From: a virus
Lineage: Duplodnaviria; Caudoviricetes
Length of the DNA: 50,847 bases
Strand: one strand, 5' to 3'
Virus record (IMG/VR): IMGVR_UViG_3300031669_000042
Span: 1-50,847 of that record
Positions 20,047-27,603 of the stretch are shown one piece after another (positions within the stretch are counted from its first letter, which is position 1; every line of letters begins with the position of its first letter). The notes under the pieces were generated by a model that had not been told where the DNA came from, did no database searches, and saw nothing but the letters and a program-made list of their open reading frames with translations. A program made the translations under genes and the position numbers.

Positions 20047-20898
20047 TTACGACGGCTCGGTGGCGTCGGCGGTGTACTTCACGCCGAACGTCGGCCTGCG
20101 CACGCCGTGCGCGTAGCCCGCGGAGAAGTTGAGCTCCCAGGCCAGGCGGGAGGCGTCCCGCTCGCTCTCTTGATCCGGAGCCTTGCGGCTGTCGAAGCAG
20201 AGCGCCTGGGGATTGAAGATGCCGGAGACCGCGTCGGTGCCGCTCACGGCGATGTTGGCATTCACGAACCAGCGGGCGTTCAGCCAGTCGCCGACGTAAA
20301 AGTCCTTGAGCGCCTGGTTGGCCAGGTCGCCGAGCATGGCCTTGGTCGCTGCGGGCTGGCCCAGCTCCATCCAGATGTCATACCAGTGGTAGGCATGCAT
20401 CACGATGTTGATCGGGTTGGGGACGATGCTGTTGCGCAGCACGGCGATGGCCGCTGCGCACTTGGCAATCGTGGCCGTCCCACTGGCGCCCGGCCCCTTG
20501 TCGGTGGAGAAGCTGGTGAAATCGGAGCACAGGTCGGTGTCGATCTTGGAGGCGATGGCGTTGCCCATGTCCTGGGCCGCGCTGCGCTTGGAATCCTCGG
20601 GGTCGGTCTCGATCTCCTCATCGGTGATGATGACCTGGGCCATGATCATCGATGGGGTGAGCGTCGCCAGCAGGCTCTTGCTCCACTTGGTCGGGGTGGC
20701 GAAGTCCTCGCCTTCGGCCTTGGCGGTGGCGGCGATCTGCGGGCGCGTGGTGATCTTGCGGGCCATCCAGCCGCGCGCGGAGAACGGGGTGACCAGGTTG
20801 GTCATGATGTTCGTCTCGCGGGCGACAAAGAGGGCGTCCTCGAAGATCGTGTTGAAGAGACTGTTCAGGTCGCTGATTTGGGTAATTCCTGTAGCCAC
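20047..20898 (-). CDS. Major capsid protein (HK97 fold inferred)
   Basis: 283 aa, after the scaffold; AKAEGED, AIASKIDTDL, ESERDA motifs; GTG start with RBS. Confidence 0.85.
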   Translation of the reverse strand: MATGITQISDLNSLFNTIFEDALFVARETNIMTNLVTPFSARGWMARKITTRPQIAATAKAEGEDFATPTKWSKSLLATLTPSMIMAQVIITDEEIETDPEDSKRSAAQDMGNAIASKIDTDLCSDFTSFSTDKGPGASGTATIAKCAAAIAVLRNSIVPNPINIVMHAYHWYDIWMELGQPAATKAMLGDLANQALKDFYVGDWLNARWFVNANIAVSGTDAVSGIFNPQALCFDSRKAPDQESERDASRLAWELNFSAGYAHGVRRPTFGVKYTADATEPS

Positions 20899-20907
20899 AT
20901 GGCTCCT

Positions 20908-21642
20908 TTACTGAGTGTTGCCGTCCTCGGGAACCCAGAAAGGCGAGGGGCCACCACCAAAGTACTCGGCGTGGCGCTCCTTGTCTGTCCGGCCCTGAGG
21001 TCCGGCTCTAGGCGGGTTGGCCGCTGGCACATTCGGTGCCGATCCGCTGCGCTTCAGGTAGGGCTTGCCCGTGGCCAGCGCGGTCACGGCCTCTGCCAGG
21101 CCGGCGATCGTGCCGTCCTCCCCGACGGTCAGGGCCTTGCGATCCAGGAGCCGGTAGGCGTCCATCGGGTCGGTGTAGCCCTGCTTGGCGGCTTCCGCGA
21201 AGATGGCGCTCTGGATGGCCTGCTCGCGGGCCGCGTTGGTGGCCTGCTCTGCCTGCTTCTGCGCCTCGGCCAGCTTCTGCTGCGCCTCGGTCAGTTGTTC
21301 CCGCACCTTGTCCGCGTCCGACTTTTGGGCATCCTCCAGCGCCTTCAGCTTGTCCGCCTTTGCCTTGAGCTCGTCATAGTCGCCGTACTTCTTCAGGCGG
21401 CCTGCCAGCGCGGCATCGAACTCGGCCTGGGTCATCATCTTGGGCGGCGTGCCGCCTGCCGGTGGTGTCCCTGCCGGTGGGGTCCCCGCTGGCGGGGTCC
21501 CCGCGGGTGGGGTCGCCGGTGGTGTTGGGTCGCCCGTCGCTGGCGGTGTGCCAGCACCCGGCGTCGGTGGGTCCCCGGTGCCTCCCCCGTCTGGTGCCAG
21601 TCTGAAAAGCTGCGAAAGATACCCGATCCCGTGCTTGAACAT
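20908..21642 (-). CDS. Capsid scaffolding protein
   Basis: TPPAG repeats, MTQAEFDAALAGRL...YGDYDELKAKA coiled coil, KPYL motif; precedes the capsid gene. Confidence 0.85.
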   Translation of the reverse strand: MFKHGIGYLSQLFRLAPDGGGTGDPPTPGAGTPPATGDPTPPATPPAGTPPAGTPPAGTPPAGGTPPKMMTQAEFDAALAGRLKKYGDYDELKAKADKLKALEDAQKSDADKVREQLTEAQQKLAEAQKQAEQATNAAREQAIQSAIFAEAAKQGYTDPMDAYRLLDRKALTVGEDGTIAGLAEAVTALATGKPYLKRSGSAPNVPAANPPRAGPQGRTDKERHAEYFGGGPSPFWVPEDGNTQ

Positions 21643-21714
21643 TGTCCCTCTCCCTGCGCCCGTTCACCCCGGCGGCGGGTTTGCTTTTCGCCCGGTTGCC
21701 CCCGGCGTCGGGGT

Positions 21715-21999
21715 TTATCGTCCGGTGACCTCCACGTAGGCCGTGGCGGCACTGACTCCACTCTCTAGGCGCTGCTGCAGCTCGGCCCACCACTTGCGGA
21801 ACTGGCCCGGCAGCAGTATTCGCTGCTCCTCTTGGCCCGGCCCGCTCGACGGGAGCGGCGCGCCCAGCTTCCACAGGTCGGTGATCGTGTCCTCCCCCCA
21901 GTGCCAGCCGTGGCAATGGGGCAGCAGCTTGGCCCGTAGCTGGGCCAGGGTCACGGCCCGCGGCTGGACGGCGCTTTGTAGGGTGACGACTTGGCTCAT
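21715..21999 (-). CDS. Hypothetical protein
   Basis: 94-aa ORF with ATGA coupling to upstream gene. Confidence 0.65.
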   Translation of the reverse strand: MSQVVTLQSAVQPRAVTLAQLRAKLLPHCHGWHWGEDTITDLWKLGAPLPSSGPGQEEQRILLPGQFRKWWAELQQRLESGVSAATAYVEVTGR

Positions 22000-22346
22000 C
22001 CTGCCCCCCGTAGCAGGGCGTCGACGACTTTGCGCATGTCGGCCAGGTGCTCCTTGGTGGCCTTGAAGAGCGCGCTGTCCTCGCGGGCCGATAGCGGGAG
22101 CGCCGCGCGCGCCAGGGCCTCGGCCAGCGCCTCCCCAATCTCTCGCGGAAGCACCAGGCTTGGCTCCACGTCGGTGACCGTGCTCCCCACCTCTATCTCG
22201 CGGACGGCCCAGGCCCAGTCGCCGTGCTCGCCGATGCTGTGCTGGCGGACGATGTGCGGCTCCTGGGTCCGCTCAAAGACGTAAACCAGCCAGCGCATGC
22301 TGGCCGGGTCATAGTCGACGTGTACTCGGAACGCTCCCTCGGCCAT
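21996..22346 (-). CDS. Hypothetical protein
   Basis: 116-aa ORF with AAGGAGAG RBS. Confidence 0.7.
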   Translation of the reverse strand: MAEGAFRVHVDYDPASMRWLVYVFERTQEPHIVRQHSIGEHGDWAWAVREIEVGSTVTDVEPSLVLPREIGEALAEALARAALPLSAREDSALFKATKEHLADMRKVVDALLRGAG

Positions 22347-22572
22347 CCTCTCTCCTTACCAGTACGCCCACGAGCTGGCGGAATCGCCCAAGCTCGATGC
22401 CCAGGGCCTCGGCCCAAGCCTCTGCGATCTCGCCCTGGAGGAACGATAGGGCTCCCCGGCGGAACGCTGCGGATCGAGTATCCAGCACGGCCCGGTTCAG
22501 CACCGCTGCCACCAGGCTCTCGTAGCCGGGCTCGTCTATCTCGAATCCGCGCCCGCCGCGCGCTCCGTGCAT
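22309..22572 (-). CDS. Hypothetical protein
   Basis: ATG at 22572 with GGGGAG RBS; LVAAVLNRAVLD...ALSFL pattern. Confidence 0.6.
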   Translation of the reverse strand: MHGARGGRGFEIDEPGYESLVAAVLNRAVLDTRSAAFRRGALSFLQGEIAEAWAEALGIELGRFRQLVGVLVRREDGRGSVPSTRRL

Positions 22573-22724
22573 CTCCCCCCTACTTTTCGTGCGCCCCCAA
22601 GGCAAATAAAAAGGCTTGCGGCGCGCCTGGACGCGCTTCCACCGTGCGCCCTAGTGTAACATATCTTTGGGGTCTCTACAATACCCCTCCCAGCGCGCCC
22701 CGCGCCCGCCGGCAGCTTGACTGA

Positions 22725-22780
22725 TTATAATAATGGGAATTACGTCTATATATATATAGACGTAATTCCCATTATTATAA
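22725..22780. repeat. Perfect 56-bp AT-rich palindrome (copy 1)
   Basis: ttataataatgggaattacgtctatatatatatagacgtaattcccattattataa equals its own reverse complement. Confidence 0.97.
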
Positions 22781-22853
22781 CGGGTAAAGTTGCGCGGCCA
22801 GAACCACTAGCCCTGGCCGCGCAGGCGCCTCGCACCCACTACGGGTAGTGGCT

Positions 22854-23912
22854 CTAGGCCACCTTGTAGTACCGCTGCGCCTCCCGGCCCAGCAGCCTCT
22901 TGAGCGAGGCGGCCACGTACATCTGGCCGTAGACGGCGTCGTCGTAGGGCACCGATAGGTCGCGGAAGTCGAACTTGCCGTCCTGCCACGCCTGCCACAT
23001 CGCGGGTCCCATGATCTGGCGCTGGGTCTCGGGGTCCAGCCCCTTGAAGATCTCCTCTCCCGGCGGGATCTGGGTCGTGGTCTCTGGGATCCCCTCGAAC
23101 CCCATGTCCGCCCAGGACCTGGTTTGCGGGATCATGGCGCAGCGGCCCGACCAGTGGTCCCGCAGCGGCTCCTCTAGCGGGTGGACGCTGCCGTGCTGCG
23201 CCCAGCAGCTCAGGCACACCCGCGCGTCCAGGGCGCTGTGCCAGATCCAGCCGGTGACCAGGTTGCCGTTGGCCAGGTAGCCCGCGCGGGTGGCCTCGCG
23301 GTAGGCCCAGAGCTGCGCCGTCCTGGTGGCCGAAAGCGACCAGGTCAGCCCCTCCCCGAGCTTGGTCCGCAGCTCCTGGTGGATGCGCTTGGGGTTGTAG
23401 CCCAGGGCCACGCCCTCCACCAGCGCCTGGCGCACCTGCTCGGCCACCGCTGGCCCGAGCTGGTTCTCCATCCGCTGGTAGAGTGGCGAATCGTCGCCGG
23501 TCATGCCCAGCATCACCTGGACGGCGTCCGCGGGCAGGGTGTTCCAGTAAGCCTTGATCGCCGCTTCCCCGTAGCCCCCCAGGGTGAGCTGTACCATCTT
23601 CTGGGTGTGATCCAGCCCTTCTGGGATCATCTGCTGGATGATGGCCGCGACCTCCTGGTCGGCGTAGATGGCGTAGCGCTCCACTTCCTCCTCTACTTGC
23701 CGCACCAGGGCCTCGATGCGCTCCCGGATCCAGGCGTCATCCTTGCCCGCCTCGATCCCGGCCTCGATGGCCTTGAGCGCCTCCTGCAGCTTTTGCCAGA
23801 TCGCGCCGTAGGCGGCCACCAGCCGGCTGGCCGCTTCCTGGTCCCGGCGGAGGAGCGCGGCCCGGTAGCGGGCGATGGCGATCTCGATGGGCGAGACTTC
23901 CGGGTCAGCCAC
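22854..23912 (-). CDS. MuF / SPP1 gp7-like minor head protein
   Basis: WIWHSALDARVCLSCWAQHG...DHWSGRCAMIP; follows the portal. Confidence 0.88.
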   Translation of the reverse strand: MADPEVSPIEIAIARYRAALLRRDQEAASRLVAAYGAIWQKLQEALKAIEAGIEAGKDDAWIRERIEALVRQVEEEVERYAIYADQEVAAIIQQMIPEGLDHTQKMVQLTLGGYGEAAIKAYWNTLPADAVQVMLGMTGDDSPLYQRMENQLGPAVAEQVRQALVEGVALGYNPKRIHQELRTKLGEGLTWSLSATRTAQLWAYREATRAGYLANGNLVTGWIWHSALDARVCLSCWAQHGSVHPLEEPLRDHWSGRCAMIPQTRSWADMGFEGIPETTTQIPPGEEIFKGLDPETQRQIMGPAMWQAWQDGKFDFRDLSVPYDDAVYGQMYVAASLKRLLGREAQRYYKVA

Positions 23913-25398
23913 TCACGGGCTCCTTGCTGCCTGGCTGGCCGTCCACCACCTTCTCTCCCGACTTGACCGCCTGGGCGATCTTGCGCGCGTTGGTCCCCTT
24001 GAGCCCCAGGTTCTGTCCCCGGTCGAATTGCTTCAGCAGCTCGGCGCCCAGGTTCACCTGGCCGGCCTGCTGGGCCGCGATCCGCTCCTGCTCCACCTCA
24101 TAGTCGTACTGCCGCTTACTGCTCGCCGTCTCCTTGCTGCAAAGCTCGGCCTGCATGTCAAAGCCAAGGGCCGCTATCTCGCTGTTTACGTCCGGCGGCA
24201 GCGGGTCCTGCCAGGTCAGCGTCACGATCTTGTCGTCGCCGTGGCCCATGTAGTCCATCAGCCGCCGCATCAGCTCGATCAGCATGTCCCCGTAGAGGAG
24301 CTGCTTGGTCGTCGTCTTTTCGATCAGGTCGCCGTAGAGCACCCGCAGGGCGAACCCGCTCTGGGCGCCCAGGCTCATGATGCTGGGGTCCATCTCGGGC
24401 ACGCGCGCCGTCTTGTAGAAATCGGTCGTCAGCCGCGTCAGGTAGCCCATCGCGCCGCCCAGGTCGCTGGTCATCTGCAGGTACTGCAGGTGGGCCTTGT
24501 CGTTGTTGGCCAGCACCGCCTTGCCGGGGTCCACGATCAGGTCCCGGCTGCCGAACCCATAGCCCCAGGGCACCGGGTGGCCGTATAGCCGCAGGATGCG
24601 GTTGATGTTGGAGGCGGAGAAGTTGACGGCGTCGTTCAGGTCTGCGTCCTCCAGGTCGGATAGACCGAAGAAGCTGTTCGGGTTGGGCAGGTTTTTGCCG
24701 TGGACGATGGGGCACCAGGGCCAGTCCCACTTGCCCGACTCGCCCTCCTTGACCCAGCGCCGCTGCGCGCTCAGAGTCTCCTGCCAGAACTCCCAGCGGT
24801 CGCCGCTGTCGGACTTGGTCCAGATCGTGCGCCGCGTCTTGCCCTCGCTGTGCCAGCGTAGCTGGTAGGCCCAGACGTCGTCGATGTCGTTCGGGTCCCA
24901 CTCGGGAAAGACCATGCCGGGGTATAGGTTCATGAGCCGCGGCTTCTCTTTGCGCTCCCTGCCGGGCAGGATCTGGATGTAGCAGGTGCCGCAAACGCCG
25001 CCGTTCAGGGCCACGTCGTGGAGCAGGCTCATCTTGCGGTTGGCGCTCCACACCTCCTCCAGCGCCTCCTCCTCCTTGGTGGTCTTGCCCTCCTCTAGCT
25101 GCCAGGTCACTTCCTTGCCCACCAGGAAGCTCACGCCCTTGTCGACGATCCGGCGGCAGTGGTTTATGAGCACGTTGTCGTCCGGCTTGTTGGGCGAGAC
25201 CTTCAGCGGCCTGCGGAACTGGCCGTTGTAGTAGCTCCAATGCAGCGTGTACCGCTTGGCCCGGTCCTGCTGCTCCCTGGCCAGGTCGTCCAGCGGCACA
25301 GCTTCGTTCTGCTGGCCGGTCACGCCCAGCCGCGGGGTCCGCCAGGCGTCCACCGCCGCCTTGGTCGCCGCCTGCACCTTCTCCCACAGTGTAGCCAT
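23905..25398 (-). CDS. Portal protein (SPP1-like)
   Basis: YYNG, NHCRRIVDKGVSFLVG, SGFALR, LTWQDPLP motifs; follows terminase. Confidence 0.92.
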   Translation of the reverse strand: MATLWEKVQAATKAAVDAWRTPRLGVTGQQNEAVPLDDLAREQQDRAKRYTLHWSYYNGQFRRPLKVSPNKPDDNVLINHCRRIVDKGVSFLVGKEVTWQLEEGKTTKEEEALEEVWSANRKMSLLHDVALNGGVCGTCYIQILPGRERKEKPRLMNLYPGMVFPEWDPNDIDDVWAYQLRWHSEGKTRRTIWTKSDSGDRWEFWQETLSAQRRWVKEGESGKWDWPWCPIVHGKNLPNPNSFFGLSDLEDADLNDAVNFSASNINRILRLYGHPVPWGYGFGSRDLIVDPGKAVLANNDKAHLQYLQMTSDLGGAMGYLTRLTTDFYKTARVPEMDPSIMSLGAQSGFALRVLYGDLIEKTTTKQLLYGDMLIELMRRLMDYMGHGDDKIVTLTWQDPLPPDVNSEIAALGFDMQAELCSKETASSKRQYDYEVEQERIAAQQAGQVNLGAELLKQFDRGQNLGLKGTNARKIAQAVKSGEKVVDGQPGSKEPVSG

Positions 25399-25410
25399 CG
25401 CCCTCCCCCT

Positions 25411-26676
25411 CTACAGGAACGGGTTATCGAATACGTCCGCCGGGGCTCCCAGCAGCGCCGCTCGCCAGGCCAGCCCGAGACTGATCACGCAGTCATCGTG
25501 GTAGCCGTCCGGGGCTGTGTAGCGTAGCAGCCCGGACGGCGTCTTTTTCATCTCGAATGCCTGGAGCTCGTTGACCAACACCGGCTCTGGCGGGATGATG
25601 ATCTCCTCCCGCTCGAAGGCGAGCACCAGGGCGTCGATCATCTCCTTTTTCGTCGCGTTGGTGGTCGTAAAGGGTCGGACGGGCACGTCCTCCCGCTCCA
25701 GCTCCTCTATCAGCGGCTCCCCGATGCTGTTGCGTTCCGCCAGCACCAGGGTGCAGCCCCACTTTTTGGCCAGGGTGGTCAGCCGCGGCTTCTGGATGGC
25801 ATAGTCCACCTGGTTGAAGCGGTCGATGGCCACCACCTGGCTGCGCGTGCGGTCGAATACGGTCAGCACGGTAAAGTCCGTGTGCTTGGCCCAGTCCACG
25901 CCCATCATGTACTCGTGGCCCTTCTCTGGCCCCTCGATCTCCACGTACTTCTGGCAGGCCGCGGTCACCTTGCGGAAGACCTCCCCGGCGTCCTCCAGGA
26001 ACTCGGCCAGGTACTCCTGGGTGAAGGAGCGGTCGGGTAGCGTCCGCTTGGCCTCCTCTACCTCTGCTGGGTCGATGATGGGATTGGAGACCGTGGGCAG
26101 CTTCCAGCTTTTCCACTCCTCCTCTCCCTCCTGGCCCCTGAGCCAGAGCTTCCAGAACCAGTTTCGCCCCTTGGGCGTACTGATTAGGACGGCGCTCCCC
26201 TTGCGGTCCGATAGCGCCGGGCGCAGGGCCTCGGTCCACGCCTTCTCCGGTATAAAGGCGCATTCGTCTATGACCAGCAGGTCCAGCCCCTCGCCGCGCA
26301 GCCCGGTCTGGCCGGCGGCGGAGCGGATCTGGATCACGCCTCCCGTGGGGAACTCGATCAGCCGGTCGACAACCCGGAATCTCACGCCGGGGATCTGGCT
26401 GGCCAGGTGAGCGATCTCCCGCCAGCCGATGGCCGCCACTCCGTAGCTCGGCGCCACCCACCACACCCGCCGTGGCGCCTCCCGGTCCATGGCCTTGGAG
26501 ACACACAGCGCCGCGCCGCCCTTGGTCTTGCCCCAGCGCCTGCCGCAGGCCAGGACCTTGAAGCGGTGCGGGTCGTCTATGACCTCCCGCTGCCGCGGGT
26601 GCAGCCAGGGCAGGGTGACGCTCCTGACCGGCGGCACGTAGACCCGGCGCCTCTGGGCCTGGTATACCCCGCGCAT
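25411..26676 (-). CDS. terL: Terminase large subunit
   Basis: GRRWGKT Walker A, LLVIDE Walker B, ISTPKG, GVDWAK...DFT and HDDCV nuclease motifs. Confidence 0.95.
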   Translation of the reverse strand: MRGVYQAQRRRVYVPPVRSVTLPWLHPRQREVIDDPHRFKVLACGRRWGKTKGGAALCVSKAMDREAPRRVWWVAPSYGVAAIGWREIAHLASQIPGVRFRVVDRLIEFPTGGVIQIRSAAGQTGLRGEGLDLLVIDECAFIPEKAWTEALRPALSDRKGSAVLISTPKGRNWFWKLWLRGQEGEEEWKSWKLPTVSNPIIDPAEVEEAKRTLPDRSFTQEYLAEFLEDAGEVFRKVTAACQKYVEIEGPEKGHEYMMGVDWAKHTDFTVLTVFDRTRSQVVAIDRFNQVDYAIQKPRLTTLAKKWGCTLVLAERNSIGEPLIEELEREDVPVRPFTTTNATKKEMIDALVLAFEREEIIIPPEPVLVNELQAFEMKKTPSGLLRYTAPDGYHDDCVISLGLAWRAALLGAPADVFDNPFL

Positions 26677-26744
26677 TGGTCGGCTTTACCCGACGCAGGG
26701 TGCGGAACAAAGGCGCGCGGTAACCCGTCTCATGGTCATCTGGT

Positions 26745-27326
26745 CTAGTCCTCGGCCTCGGGCGCGAGCACGGGCGCGGGCGCGGGCACGCCATCGGATG
26801 GCGCGCCCAAGGTGGGCGTGCCCACCTGCTGCGCCAGGTTCGGTGGCGGCGTGTCGGACCAGTGCAGGATGATGTCCAGCGGCCCGTTGTCCGCGGGCCC
26901 CTCCCCGTACTCGTAGCGGCTCTGCTCGATGAGCATCGCCAGGGCCGCCGTCACATCCCGCCAGGAGGCAGACAGCGGGTGCAGCACGGCCATGGCCTGG
27001 GTGACCTTGCCCCGGTAGGCGTCCAGGAGCTTGAGCCGCATCTCCCGGTTTTTCTTGCGCGCCTCGGCCTCGGCCTCCCGCGCGAGCTGGCTCTCGGCGT
27101 CATCCCAGGCTGCCGCTCTCTTTTTCCACTCCCAGCGATCGCTGATCACCTTCCACGAGCCGGGCGCCTTGGTCGCCTTGGGCCGGTTGAGCAGGAAGCG
27201 ATAGACGGGCAGCAGCGCGCGCCCCGGCCCCTGGCTCCGGTACGCCTCGAATCTGTGAAACCACAGGGTCTTTTCTCCCGGTTGGCGGTCCCAGGACTTG
27301 CGCTCGCTGTCCGTCGTCTCGGTCAT
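26745..27326 (-). CDS. Putative terminase small subunit
   Basis: Immediately upstream of terL; WDRQPGE...F..Y...WEWKKRAAAWD pattern. Confidence 0.65.
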   Translation of the reverse strand: MTETTDSERKSWDRQPGEKTLWFHRFEAYRSQGPGRALLPVYRFLLNRPKATKAPGSWKVISDRWEWKKRAAAWDDAESQLAREAEAEARKKNREMRLKLLDAYRGKVTQAMAVLHPLSASWRDVTAALAMLIEQSRYEYGEGPADNGPLDIILHWSDTPPPNLAQQVGTPTLGAPSDGVPAPAPVLAPEAED

Positions 27327-27595
27327 GCGCCCCTCTTGGCCTTCTTGGGCTTGGCCGCCCGCTTGGCCCTCTTGGCCTCTAGAGACGCCAGGTGAGCCTT
27401 GGTCTCGGCCTGCATCTTTGCCCAGCGGGCCTTGCCCTCGTCATCGAGGAACTGCGCCAGTGCCTCTGGCGGAATACGCACGATGGGCACGCCCCCGCTG
27501 GCCGCGATCTTGGCGTCGGCGGCGGCGTGCGCCTCCTCCCGCGTCGGGCGCGCCGACCTCTTGGCCGTCTTGCGGATCACTTTGGCTTTAGCCAT
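27323..27595 (-). CDS. Small Lys/Ala/Arg-rich basic protein
   Basis: 90-aa ORF with RBS and ATGA coupling. Confidence 0.7.
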   Translation of the reverse strand: MAKAKVIRKTAKRSARPTREEAHAAADAKIAASGGVPIVRIPPEALAQFLDDEGKARWAKMQAETKAHLASLEAKRAKRAAKPKKAKRGA

Positions 27596-27603
27596 GTCTC
27601 TCC

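Noticed and set aside
21450-21560. 15-nt tandem repeats (also 49022-49062)
   Set aside because: In-frame coding repeats of TPPAG and AAKPA linkers, not non-coding arrays
20038-21768. Long plus-strand ORFs (e.g. 576 aa here; 465 aa at 15513; 398 aa at 5442)
   Set aside because: Antisense shadows of GC-rich minus-strand genes, with no recognisable motifs
22725-22780. Definite hairpin telomere of a linear plasmid prophage
   Set aside because: Two internal copies and no protelomerase in the window; kept only as one hypothesis
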